A stretch of DNA of 64,000 bases from Desulfobaccales bacterium (GCA_052139855.1 JBKQVS010000045.1:657-64656), one strand, 5' to 3'; positions 27,930 to 37,203 are shown, counted from the stretch's first letter. Notes: a model not told the origin generated them from the letters alone. Translations and numbers: made by a program.

Positions 27930-28723
27930 AAGGGTTTGGGTGGCGCAAGGAACATGCCGACCCCCGGGATTTTACCCACGGGGATATCCCCGAAGTATCG
28001 GACCGGGTTCAGGCAACGGCAGAAAGCCCGGAGGTGGATTTCTTTAAATGGATCGGTCCCATCAAGGACCAGGGGAATCTTGGTTCCTGCGTTGCCAATA
28101 GTATCGCCGGCGCCTATGAGTTCGACGGCATCAAGACCACGGGCACGTATACCTCCGTGTCCCGCCTTTACCTCTATAAGGCGGCCCGGCGATTGGGAGG
28201 CTTTAGCGGGGATTCCGGGGCCTATATCCGGGACGGGATGCGGGCTCTGGTGAGACTGGGGGCGCCTCCGGAAGCCCTCTGGCCCTATCAGGTGGAAACC
28301 TTTGATGCGCCGCCTGATTTCGTGGCCTCCGGATATGCCCAGAACTTTGCGGCCCTGCGTTATGTCAGGCTCAAAAATCTGGCTGAGATCAAGGCGTATA
28401 TCCGGGGCGGCTTCCCGGTGGTCTTTGGGTTCACGGCGTTTCCCTCCATTGATGAGGTGAAAGAAGACGGCTGGGTGCCAGTGCCAAAATCGGGGGACCG
28501 GCCGGCGGGGGGGCACGCGGTCTATGCCTGCGCCTATTCCAACCTGAGGCAGTCGAAGTATTGGCACGAGCCAGCCGGCGCCATCGGGTTCATAAACAGC
28601 TGGGGAGATTGGGGGGATAAGGGCAAAGGCTGGCTGCCCTATGCATATTTTCAACAGGGTTTCTGTGATGACTTCTGGGCTTTGATTTCGGCGAAACACC
28701 CGGATGAGAACGACTTCGACTGA
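27926..28723 (+). CDS. Papain-family (C1) cysteine peptidase
   Basis: 265 aa with the catalytic triad contexts DQGNLGSCVANS (Cys), GGHAVYACAY (His) and INSWGDWGDKGKGW (Asn-Ser-Trp). Confidence 0.8.
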   Translation: MKGFGWRKEHADPRDFTHGDIPEVSDRVQATAESPEVDFFKWIGPIKDQGNLGSCVANSIAGAYEFDGIKTTGTYTSVSRLYLYKAARRLGGFSGDSGAYIRDGMRALVRLGAPPEALWPYQVETFDAPPDFVASGYAQNFAALRYVRLKNLAEIKAYIRGGFPVVFGFTAFPSIDEVKEDGWVPVPKSGDRPAGGHAVYACAYSNLRQSKYWHEPAGAIGFINSWGDWGDKGKGWLPYAYFQQGFCDDFWALISAKHPDENDFD

Positions 28724-28985
28724 TGCCCCCGTGATCATTGATGAGGGGAAGCAATGGCGTTGGTCCAAATGGATCATGAACAGTATGTTCGCGGTCCTCC
28801 TGGTCCTGGTGGGGATCGTCCGAGACTGCGGGAACGGCGAGGGATTTTGAAGGGTCAGAACCAGGGGGACAGGGTCCGGGCCTGAGGCCGGGTGACGGCC
28901 GGTCGCGGGCGCGGCGACGAGCCGAGCCGCAGCATGGGGATAGGTTGGGAGCAAGGCCTCAAATAAGACCATGGAGTGAGGAGAG

Positions 28986-30026
28986 ATGACGATGACGTCG
29001 AAGGCGGTAAGCCAGGACCAGACTCCTGCCCTGCCCGAATGGATCAGAGTGCTGCCCCTGGGCACCGTGGAGTTGTCGGACCACCGGGAACCGTTTCTGG
29101 TGGACGAAGCGTCGCTTCGGTCCATGACGGCGGATTTCCGCACCCGGGGAGTAGATCTGGTCATCGATTACGAGCACCAATCCCTGCAGGGGGAGCGGGC
29201 CCCGGCAGCGGGCTGGATCAAGGACCTGGAGGCCCGGGGCGACGGGCTGTGGGCCCGGGTGGATTGGACCCAACAAGCCCGGGATTATCTGGAGAAGAAG
29301 GAGTATCGGTACTTCTCGCCGGTGCTGCGGCTGGACCCCGAAACCCGCAAGCCGGTGGCCCTGATGCACGTGGGCTTAACCAACGTGCCGGCGATCAAGC
29401 ACCTGCCGCCCCTGGTGGCCAGGTGGGGCGGGAAAACTGCGGCCCCGGGAGGGCCGCGGCCGGCGAAACCGGCGGTCAGGGCCCGGGCGGGAGACATGGA
29501 CTCAATAAAGGAGAAGGGGATGATGGTGGAACAGCTCAAACGCCTGATGGGTTTGGAGCCCGAGATGGCAGAGGAGGCGGTATGCGGCAAGGCGCTGGAG
29601 GCGTTCCGGGACCTGGCCGGGGCCTTGAATCTGCCGGGTGAAGTATCCGTGGCGCAACTGAAGGGGGCGGTGGAAGCTTTGAAAGCCGGGGCATCGCGCC
29701 TGCTCAAGGCCGAGGAGGCCCTGGAGGCTCTCAAAGTCCGCCTGTCGAGTGAGACGGCCGACCGGCTGGTGGAAGAAGCCCTGAAGGCCGGCAAGGTCAG
29801 CCCGGCCCAACGCGGTTGGGCGCTGGAATATTGTCGACGGGACCCGGAAGGTTTCCAGACCTATGCGAACCGGGCCCCGAAACTGGTGCCCACCGGGGAG
29901 GAACTGCAACTCCTCCGGGAGGATCACCAGGATGAGAGCGGCTTGCTCCCGGAGGAGATGGCCGTGTGCCGCTCCCTGAATGTTGCTCCGGAAGCCTACC
30001 TGAAGGCCAAGGCCCAAACGGGGTAG
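28986..30026 (+). CDS. Prohead protease/scaffold, Mu gpI-like
   Basis: 346 aa. The N-terminal block WIRVLPLGTVE...VDLVIDYEHQS...AAGWI...YRYFSPV follows the Mu I-protein pattern. The C-terminal half is helical and Ala/Glu-rich, like a scaffold. Confidence 0.75.
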   Translation: MTMTSKAVSQDQTPALPEWIRVLPLGTVELSDHREPFLVDEASLRSMTADFRTRGVDLVIDYEHQSLQGERAPAAGWIKDLEARGDGLWARVDWTQQARDYLEKKEYRYFSPVLRLDPETRKPVALMHVGLTNVPAIKHLPPLVARWGGKTAAPGGPRPAKPAVRARAGDMDSIKEKGMMVEQLKRLMGLEPEMAEEAVCGKALEAFRDLAGALNLPGEVSVAQLKGAVEALKAGASRLLKAEEALEALKVRLSSETADRLVEEALKAGKVSPAQRGWALEYCRRDPEGFQTYANRAPKLVPTGEELQLLREDHQDESGLLPEEMAVCRSLNVAPEAYLKAKAQTG

Positions 30027-30112
30027 CTGCCGCAGGGAGAGTCTTGGGGGAAGAGCAGCAGGAAGGTTTTCGGCTGGATGAGATTAACCAATACAAGCGG
30101 AGGTAGAAGGAT

Positions 30113-30511
30113 ATGTCAGGATTAACCCGTGACCGGGCTACGCCATACCGGGAAGGTATTGAGATTGAATACCCGGTGGCAGCCAACACGAAAATCTACG
30201 CCGGCTCCCTGGTATGCATCAGTGCCGCGGGATATGCGGTACCGGCGGCGGACACCAGCGGTTATCGGTTCGCCGGGGTGGCCTTGGAACAGGTGGACAA
30301 CAGCGAGGGCGGCAAGAGTGTGAGGCTGCGACGGGCCGGGGTCTTCGAGTTCGACGCGGTGTCCATTAGCCAGGACATGGTGGGAGCGGCCATGTACGCC
30401 GCGGATGACCACACCTTTGATGACGCCGCCGGTCCCACCAATGACATCAAAGTGGGCCTGTTGGTCAAATACGTCTCGGCCACGAAAGGCTGGATCGATA
30501 TCGCCAGGTAA
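30113..30511 (+). CDS. Head decoration/cement-like protein (DUF2190-like)
   Basis: 132 aa, beta-rich, positioned between the protease and the major capsid gene as in many Mu-like and HK97-like head modules. Confidence 0.5.
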   Translation: MSGLTRDRATPYREGIEIEYPVAANTKIYAGSLVCISAAGYAVPAADTSGYRFAGVALEQVDNSEGGKSVRLRRAGVFEFDAVSISQDMVGAAMYAADDHTFDDAAGPTNDIKVGLLVKYVSATKGWIDIAR

Positions 30512-30525
30512 CGGAGGAATCTCTC

Positions 30526-31422
30526 ATGATCATCAATATGGAAAGTTTAGCCCGACTGTACACGGGATTCACTGCGGTGTTCAACGCCGCCTTCCAGGAC
30601 ACCCTGACCTGGTATGAGCGGGCGGCCATGACGGTGCCGGCCACCACCCGGATCATGGATTACAAGTTTCTCCTGGATTTTCCCATGGTGCGGGAATGGA
30701 TCGGTGACCGGCAGATCAGCTCTCTGGAACCCCAGGCCTTCCAGGTGGAAACCAAGGACTGGGAAGCCACCATCGAGGTGGACCGGAATGACATCGAAGA
30801 CGACCAGTTGGGGTTCTACAATCCCATCATAGCGGCCCTGGCCCAGGAAGCGCGGAAACACCCGGAGAGATTGATTGCGGACCTGATGCTGGGGGGATTC
30901 GCCACGGCCTGCTACGACGGCCAAAACTTCTTTGCCACCACGCATCCGGTGGGTGCGGGGACCGTCTCCAATTTCGGCGGCGGCTCCGGCACCGCCTGGT
31001 ATCTCCTGGATACCAGCCGGGCGGTGAAGCCGTTCATTTTTCAGTTGCGGCGGGACGTCCAACTGGTGCGCATGGACCGGCAGGATGACGAGCACGCCTT
31101 CATGCGGAAGAAGCTGCGCTACGGGGTGGATTACCGGGGGGCGGCGGCCTATGGGCTGTGGCAACTGGCCTATGCCTGCAAAGAGACGTTAAACGACACC
31201 AACTACGCCGCGGCCCGGGCCGCGATGATGTCGGTGGCCAATGCCGAGGGGCGGCCCCTGGGCATGAAGCCCAACCTGCTGCTGGTGCCCCCGTCCCTGG
31301 AGGCGCAGGCCCGGGAGATCTTGCAGGCGCAGTTTATCATCGGGGACCCCCTCACCGGCGGGGCCCGCACCAATGTCTGGCAGGGTACGGCCGATCTCCT
31401 GGTGGTGCCGGAGCTGAGTTAA
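30526..31422 (+). CDS. Major capsid protein, Mu gpT-like
   Basis: 298 aa. The N-terminal LYTGFTAVFNAAFQ...MDYKFLLDFPMVREWIGDRQ pattern is that of Mu-like major head subunits. Confidence 0.8.
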   Translation: MIINMESLARLYTGFTAVFNAAFQDTLTWYERAAMTVPATTRIMDYKFLLDFPMVREWIGDRQISSLEPQAFQVETKDWEATIEVDRNDIEDDQLGFYNPIIAALAQEARKHPERLIADLMLGGFATACYDGQNFFATTHPVGAGTVSNFGGGSGTAWYLLDTSRAVKPFIFQLRRDVQLVRMDRQDDEHAFMRKKLRYGVDYRGAAAYGLWQLAYACKETLNDTNYAAARAAMMSVANAEGRPLGMKPNLLLVPPSLEAQAREILQAQFIIGDPLTGGARTNVWQGTADLLVVPELS

Positions 31423-31426
31423 AGGT

Positions 31427-31517
31427 GCGCAGGCGGGACGCCTGCGCCACTGGGCGGGACGCCTGCGCTACGGGGCGGGGATGCCCGCCCTACCGGGAAG
31501 GCGGCGGCACCGCCGCC
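31427..31517 (+). terminator. Array of GC-rich stem-loops after the capsid gene
   Basis: Three hairpins: GCGCAGGCG-GGA-CGCCTGCGC (31427-31447), GGGCGGG-GATG-CCCGCCC (31473-31490) and GGCGGCG-GCAC-CGCCGCC (31500-31517). The 16-mer GGCGGGACGCCTGCGC is repeated at 31432 and 31453. No U-tract follows. Confidence 0.4.
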
Positions 31518-31548
31518 CTCCCAGGATTTTGCGACAAGAGGAGCGATT

Positions 31549-31887
31549 ATGGCCTGGTTTGGTGGCTTTACCTTAGAGACGTATAACCGGATTCCGGGCG
31601 ATTACGAAGAGATTACTGTGGGCGTCAGCGTGGTGGGATGTTCGAGTTCGAAGATCATGCCGACCACGGGACCCTATGCGCGCATGGCCGCCCGGGCGGC
31701 CCTGGTGTCCTCGGAAAATGGCGACATCCGGTTTCGCATTGACGGAGGGCTGCCCAGCGCCAGCAGCGGGCACTATCTGACCAGCGGCGACACCCTGGTG
31801 CTCACCGGCACCCAGGCGATCCAGCAATTCCGGGGCATCAGGAGCGGCGATACGGACGCGGAGTTGAGGGTGACGTATTTCTATTAA
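31549..31887 (+). CDS. Phage structural protein, unknown
   Basis: 112-aa beta-rich ORF in the head module. Confidence 0.45.
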   Translation: MAWFGGFTLETYNRIPGDYEEITVGVSVVGCSSSKIMPTTGPYARMAARAALVSSENGDIRFRIDGGLPSASSGHYLTSGDTLVLTGTQAIQQFRGIRSGDTDAELRVTYFY

Positions 31888-31990
31888 GAATGGGCCCGGT
31901 TGCCCCGGTGACTCTGAACCTCCATTCGCCCCGGCCACTGTGCTTCCGGACAGGGGAAGACCGACAATAACGGCATAAGGTGGGAATTAC

Positions 31991-33187
31991 ATGCCTGAAT
32001 ATCTCGACAGCACCTACGATGTGGCGGCCAACACCCACACTGCCAAGGAACAGTCCTTTGCCGTAGTGGAGGTTGGGGACGCCAAACAGCCGGAGGTGTT
32101 CCACCCGCAAGTCAAGATTATGCGCTGGGATAATGAGTGCAATTTCTCGGCCCGGTTGGTGCATAAGGAAGCCAGCCCTAAAGTCGCGCTGGTGGCTGAC
32201 AAAATTCAATGGGTAGGTGATGCAGTTGAGGCTCACTTCTACGAGATCGGAGAGGGGAAGGAAGGCGGCGGTTATGAATTTGAAATTATCCTGAAGAAGG
32301 CACCCAAGAGCAACGTCATCAGCATGACCCTCCAGACAAAGGGCCTGGACTTTTTTTACCAGCCCGAATTGACCCAGGAGGAGATTGACCATGGGGAAAT
32401 TCGGCCCGACAAGGTAATTGGTTCCTACGCCGTCTATCACCAGACGATGGCTGGCGATCATACCGGGCTGGGCGGCAAGAACTATCTTGCGGGTAAGGCG
32501 TTTCACATCTTCCGCCCCAGGATTGAGGATGCTGAGGGGAATTGGGTTTGGGGCGATCTTAATATTGATGATAAGCAGGGGTTGCTCACCGTCACTATTC
32601 CCCAGGACTTTCTAGATAAAGCCGTCTATCCGGTGCGTCACGCAGCGGGATTGGAGTTTGGGTATCATGTGGTGGGAGGCTCTCAAAATAGCACTGGAAA
32701 TCAGACTTGTTTATTCAAAGCAACGGCAGGTGGTTCAGCACCAGGAACCCCGGCTTCATCGGGGATTATAACCAAACTCACCTTATACTGTAAAATATCC
32801 CAAAACAATCCTGTTTTTAATCCAGGTGTTTATAATAATTCAAGTGATCTTCCGTCAACAAAGGTTGCGGGAATAGACTCTGGTGGCAGTCAAATTCCAG
32901 TTAATTACGCATGGCTGGATTCCCCCATATCGGCAACAATAATAGCTGGAACCCAATACTGGTTGGGGTTTTCAAATCATACTGGCAATCTTTATTATAC
33001 TTTCGATACTATTACCAATATACAACAATATGCGAATGGACTTGCCGCTTGGCCCGATACTTGGACTGGAAACGCCTGGAATAATCTCGCAAGCCTCTAT
33101 GCCACCTATACAGAATCAGGCGGAAGCGCCGCCAAGGTTCCTTTTTGGCTGTTTAATCAAGCTGCATTAGGACAAGGAGTAGCATGA
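31991..33187 (+). CDS. Phage structural protein with a compositionally foreign C-terminal domain
   Basis: 398-aa ORF. The 3' third (about 32690-33120) drops to 19/60 and 24/60 GC in hand-counted lines. Confidence 0.5.
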   Translation: MPEYLDSTYDVAANTHTAKEQSFAVVEVGDAKQPEVFHPQVKIMRWDNECNFSARLVHKEASPKVALVADKIQWVGDAVEAHFYEIGEGKEGGGYEFEIILKKAPKSNVISMTLQTKGLDFFYQPELTQEEIDHGEIRPDKVIGSYAVYHQTMAGDHTGLGGKNYLAGKAFHIFRPRIEDAEGNWVWGDLNIDDKQGLLTVTIPQDFLDKAVYPVRHAAGLEFGYHVVGGSQNSTGNQTCLFKATAGGSAPGTPASSGIITKLTLYCKISQNNPVFNPGVYNNSSDLPSTKVAGIDSGGSQIPVNYAWLDSPISATIIAGTQYWLGFSNHTGNLYYTFDTITNIQQYANGLAAWPDTWTGNAWNNLASLYATYTESGGSAAKVPFWLFNQAALGQGVA

Positions 33188-33188
33188 C

Positions 33189-34379
33189 ATGGCTTTGAAA
33201 GGCGTGGCGATCACGATTCAATATACCGCCTGGGATACTTCGGCCAATGCCCCCAAGACCGGTGATGCGGCTAACCATACCCTCAAGGTAATCAAGGACG
33301 GGACTGCGGCTACCCCCACCAATAGTCCGTCGGAAGTGGACGCGACGAATTGCCCCGGGGTTTACAAACTGGCTTTGACGGGGGCGGAAATGGGGTACAA
33401 CACTGTTTCTGTGGCTGGTAAAAGTTCAACTGCCAGCGTCGCTATCATCCCAATCCACATCACCACGGAAGGGGGCAACCTGGATGCGGCGGTGAGCAGC
33501 CGGGCCCCGGAATCCGGCGGCAATGTTGCCGCGGTCAAAGCCAAGACAGATAACTTACCGGCCTCGCCAGCGGCCGTGGGTTCGGCCATGACTCTCACCA
33601 GCGCCTATGATGCAGCCAAAACCGCCGCGCCGGAATCCGGGGGCAACGTGGCGGCGATCAAGGCCAAGACGGACAACTTGCCATCCGACCCGGCCAGCAA
33701 TACCCAGGTCAATACGCGGTTGGCCACCTCAGGCTATACGGCTCCCGACAACACCGACATTGTGGCCATCAAGGCTAGGACCGATAACCTCCCCGCTTCT
33801 CCGGCGGCTACCGGGGATATACCTGCTGCCGCCACCATTGCCGCGGCAGTTTGGGGCAACGCCAGCCGGACCTTGACTTCCTTCGGCAGCCTCGTAGCCG
33901 ACATCTGGGCTTATGCCACCAGAACGCTTTCTTCTTTCGGGGCCCTGGCAGCCGATGTTTGGAGCGTGGGTACCCGGTCTCTCACCGACAAGACCGGATT
34001 CACGATCTCGGGGACAAAGCAGACCCTGGATGCCTTACAAGATCTCTCCCAGGCCGGGGCCCAGGCAGGGGCGACCGCGGCTCTCAATGCCTATGATCCG
34101 CCCACCAAAGCCGAAATGGACGCGGCCCTGGCCGCCCTGCACGACATCAGCGTGGGAGAACTGTTGGCCGGGGATCTGTCGGACAGCCTGAGTTTTCCGG
34201 CCAACTCCCTGGCGGACCGGCTCCGCAAGCTCTTCTGGATCCTCTGCAACCGCATGGCCATCGTGGATGCGACCGGGGCTTTCACGGCATACAAGGGCGA
34301 CGGGGCGACTCCCGGGGCCACCGGGACCATCACGGATAACGGCACGAACACGGTAAGGAGTGCACCGACATGGCCATAA
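33189..34379 (+). CDS. Fibre-like structural protein with internal repeats
   Basis: 396 aa with three copies of ESGGNVAA[VI]KA[KR]TDNLP[AS].PA and three copies of W....R[ST]L[TS]. Confidence 0.5.
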   Translation: MALKGVAITIQYTAWDTSANAPKTGDAANHTLKVIKDGTAATPTNSPSEVDATNCPGVYKLALTGAEMGYNTVSVAGKSSTASVAIIPIHITTEGGNLDAAVSSRAPESGGNVAAVKAKTDNLPASPAAVGSAMTLTSAYDAAKTAAPESGGNVAAIKAKTDNLPSDPASNTQVNTRLATSGYTAPDNTDIVAIKARTDNLPASPAATGDIPAAATIAAAVWGNASRTLTSFGSLVADIWAYATRTLSSFGALAADVWSVGTRSLTDKTGFTISGTKQTLDALQDLSQAGAQAGATAALNAYDPPTKAEMDAALAALHDISVGELLAGDLSDSLSFPANSLADRLRKLFWILCNRMAIVDATGAFTAYKGDGATPGATGTITDNGTNTVRSAPTWP

Positions 34380-34516
34380 ATCCCGAAAGTATTGCCTCCT
34401 GGGGCCTCCTGGGCGGCAGCGGCGAAGGGGGGGAGGGGGGGAGGCAGGCCCAACCCAAATTCTGGCGGAACCCATTCAAGTCTTCCTTGCGGCCGATAGC
34501 CTTACCGTGGAGATAG

Positions 34517-34855
34517 ATGATGACTAATAAGCTGGCGATCAAGCAGGGGGAGGCAAAGACCATCACCTTTACGGTGAGAGACGCCCTGGGGGTTGGGGTG
34601 GATCTCTCCGGGGCGGCCTTGCTCCTGGGAGTGAAGAAAGATAAGTCGGATACGGATTACGCCGTGGCCAAGGCCGACCAGGAGTTCGACAAGAGCCAGG
34701 CGGTGGACGGCATTGTGTCGGTAAATCTGAGCGCCGCGGACACCAACCAGCCGGAGGCGACCTACATCGGGGAGCTCAAGTGCGCCTGGGCCGGGCCGGT
34801 GGTCAAGAAGAGCGACGATTTCTTCTTGCAGATCAAGCGGGCGGTGACGGCGTGA
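34517..34855 (+). CDS. Small beta-rich phage protein (Ig-like by pattern)
   Basis: 112-aa ORF in the morphogenesis cluster. Confidence 0.4.
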   Translation: MMTNKLAIKQGEAKTITFTVRDALGVGVDLSGAALLLGVKKDKSDTDYAVAKADQEFDKSQAVDGIVSVNLSAADTNQPEATYIGELKCAWAGPVVKKSDDFFLQIKRAVTA

Positions 34856-34862
34856 AGATTTG

Positions 34863-34917
34863 GGGGAAAAGGGGAAAAGGCGAAAAGGGGAAGAGGGATA
34901 AAAGCGGAAAGGATAAA
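34863..34917 (+). repeat. About seven tandem purine-rich octamers (GGGGAAAA type)
   Basis: GGGGAAAA GGGGAAAA GGCGAAAA GGGGAAGA GGGATAAAA GCGGAAA GGATAAA, starting 8 nt after the stop at 34855. Confidence 0.7.
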
Positions 34918-35012
34918 GCCAGGTTCCCTTTGATATACAACCAGCTTATGCGCTTAATTTACTGAAAAACCACATTTAAAAGGAAAAACGGAAAACCAGA
35001 AAAGAGGGAATT

Positions 35013-35435
35013 ATGGCTTACTGTTCCGAAGACGACCTTCTGAAGATGATTCCTCAGGCAGACCTGGCCGATTTGACGGTGGAGTCCGGGGAGGTCCCCG
35101 ACAGTCTCATCATCAATGAGGCCATCAGCAAGGCCGAAGCCGAGATCGACTCCTACCTGGGGGTCAGGTACGTGGTGCCGCTGTCCGCCCCGCCGGACCA
35201 GGTCAAGGCCCTGGCCGTGGAGCTGGCCATCTATCACCTTTTTTCCCGGCGCAGCGTGGTACCGCCGGTGCGGCAGCAGAAGTACGAGGCGGCGGTGGCC
35301 TTCCTGAAGCAGGTGGCGGCGGGACAGATAGTGATCGTCGGGCCTCAAGGAGAGCCGCCCTCGGTGGCTAAAGAGGTGGCCGACGCCACCGGCGCCAAGC
35401 GGGTCTTCTCCCGGAATATCCTGGCGGATTGGTAA
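35013..35435 (+). CDS. Head-tail adaptor, Mu gp36-like (DUF1320 type)
   Basis: 140 aa. The pattern YCSEDDL...EAISKAEAEIDSYLGVRYVVPL is characteristic of gp36-like proteins. Confidence 0.65.
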   Translation: MAYCSEDDLLKMIPQADLADLTVESGEVPDSLIINEAISKAEAEIDSYLGVRYVVPLSAPPDQVKALAVELAIYHLFSRRSVVPPVRQQKYEAAVAFLKQVAAGQIVIVGPQGEPPSVAKEVADATGAKRVFSRNILADW

Positions 35436-35448
35436 GAGGGGGTAAGCC

Positions 35449-35880
35449 ATGGCCAACTATCTGTGGACCACGGTGGAGGATGCGGTGGTGGCGGCTCTGC
35501 AAAAGGCATTAGACTCCCAGGTCAACACTCTGGCTACCTACCAGGGTGACTGGCTGACTGATCTGCACCGGGAGTACTGGCGCCTGCCCGCGGTTTTGGT
35601 GCAGTTTCGCCAGAGCCGGGGGGAACAGGTTACCCTGTCGTCCTATGACCTGAGCCTGGAGTTTACCGTCCTGGTAATGGTTCGGGGCAATACCGCCAAA
35701 CGGCGCGAGGCCGACGGCGTCTACCAGATACTGGCGGGGGTGCGCCAGGCCTTGTGGCACCAGGATCTGGGCCTGGAGTTAGAGCCCCTGAACCTCATCA
35801 GGGAAGAGCCCCTGTTGAGCGACCAGGAATTCGCGGTGTACGCGGCCCACTATGGCACCGCTTTGGTGCAGGATTTTTGA
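35449..35880 (+). CDS. Mu gp37-like head-tail joining protein (DUF1834 type)
   Basis: 143 aa, positioned after the gp36-like gene, with the pattern LPAVLVQF... Confidence 0.5.
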   Translation: MANYLWTTVEDAVVAALQKALDSQVNTLATYQGDWLTDLHREYWRLPAVLVQFRQSRGEQVTLSSYDLSLEFTVLVMVRGNTAKRREADGVYQILAGVRQALWHQDLGLELEPLNLIREEPLLSDQEFAVYAAHYGTALVQDF

Positions 35881-35901
35881 AGCTGACGAGGAGAGAGGAT
35901 C

Positions 35902-37197
35902 ATGACCCGGTCCATCCGGAATTTTTTGGCCACCCATAATCTGCTGGCGGTATCGGCCAGACAGCAGGAGGCGGCCATGAACACCGAACAGGCATTGGAC
36001 ACCACGCTGCTGGTGGATCTGAACACGGTGCTGAACTACCAGGCGGTGAAAAGCCCCAACCGGGAGGAACTCACCGGCAAAGAAGAGGCCGACCGGCTCC
36101 ATGATTTCGGCGGCAAAGTGGTGGGCACCCTGACCTTTTCCCGGGCCCAGCCGCAGCATGTCGCCTTTCTGCTGGGCTACGGCCTGGGCCAGGTGGCGAC
36201 GACCCCGGCCGGGAGCACCGGCTTTCGGCATACGATCCTGCCGCGGTCCGGGGAGGTGGACGTGGCCCGGTCCAACCCGTCTTTTACCGCGGCCATGCGC
36301 TTCGGGCGCCAGGTGATGAAACGGCGGTTCGCCTCCTGCTTCATCGATCAGATCAGGATGGATTTCGCCCGGGACGGCTGGGCCAAGATTAGCGGGACGG
36401 TGAAAGGCAGTGGCAAGGTGGTGGACAACACCCAGGTGGAGGAGGTGGCCGCGGCCGACAATGCCACCAGCCTGAGCCTGGCGGCCCACGGGGTGGCCGG
36501 GGAAACTGCGGCGGAGCGCTGGAGCAACGTTCAGGCCGTCAAGGTGCTGAATCCCGCCACGTCCGCCTGGGAGGAAGTGGCATACCAGGCCGTGTCCGGG
36601 GCGGTTCCGGCCGTCATTGACATAACTTCGCCGGGGGGAAGCGGGACGCCGACCACCTACCGGGTCTATTACCTGCCCGGGGAGAGCGGTTGGATGGACC
36701 TGCCGCCCCGGGTGGAGGAGCCCCCCCTGAAGGTGAGCCAGTTGGAAGTGACCCTGGGGGGGCGCTGGGACGGCACCGCGTTCAGCGGCGGGTATCAACT
36801 GGCCACGGAACTGAGAAGCGTTACCTGGACCATGAAAAACAACCTGACGCCGGAATCCACCCCCGGGGCCGGGGGCAATTACGCCAACCGCGCCTTCAGG
36901 ACCGGGCGGGACCAGAGCCTGAAATTCGACCGGGATTTCCGGGACTTCCTCCTGGCCCAAAACCTGAAAGACAACGATACGCTGGGGGTGCGCCTGAAGG
37001 CGACGGGGCCGGAATTCGAGCCGGGGGTCAGCTACCAGGTGGATCTGGTTTTTCCCCGGGTGTCGGTGCTGGCCACCACGGTCAAGGTGTATCAGCGGCG
37101 GTTAGGGGAAGAGGTGGAATTCGCGGTCCTGGAGGACGACACCTACGGCTCGGTGGTGGCTTACGTCCAGAACCAGGTGAGCGGCTACGCGGCTTAA
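35902..37197 (+). CDS. Putative major tail (tube) protein
   Basis: 431-aa ORF with a good RBS. The call rests only on position, upstream of the chaperone pair and tape measure. Confidence 0.35.
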   Translation: MTRSIRNFLATHNLLAVSARQQEAAMNTEQALDTTLLVDLNTVLNYQAVKSPNREELTGKEEADRLHDFGGKVVGTLTFSRAQPQHVAFLLGYGLGQVATTPAGSTGFRHTILPRSGEVDVARSNPSFTAAMRFGRQVMKRRFASCFIDQIRMDFARDGWAKISGTVKGSGKVVDNTQVEEVAAADNATSLSLAAHGVAGETAAERWSNVQAVKVLNPATSAWEEVAYQAVSGAVPAVIDITSPGGSGTPTTYRVYYLPGESGWMDLPPRVEEPPLKVSQLEVTLGGRWDGTAFSGGYQLATELRSVTWTMKNNLTPESTPGAGGNYANRAFRTGRDQSLKFDRDFRDFLLAQNLKDNDTLGVRLKATGPEFEPGVSYQVDLVFPRVSVLATTVKVYQRRLGEEVEFAVLEDDTYGSVVAYVQNQVSGYAA

Positions 37198-37203
37198 GAG
37201 CTC

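Noticed and set aside
28731-28850. Possible 39-codon membrane mini-ORF (GTG start; …KWIMNSMFAVLLVLVGIV…) between the C1 peptidase and the I-like protease.
   Set aside because: It is short, has a non-ATG start and shows no clear RBS. It is plausible but cannot be supported from sequence alone.
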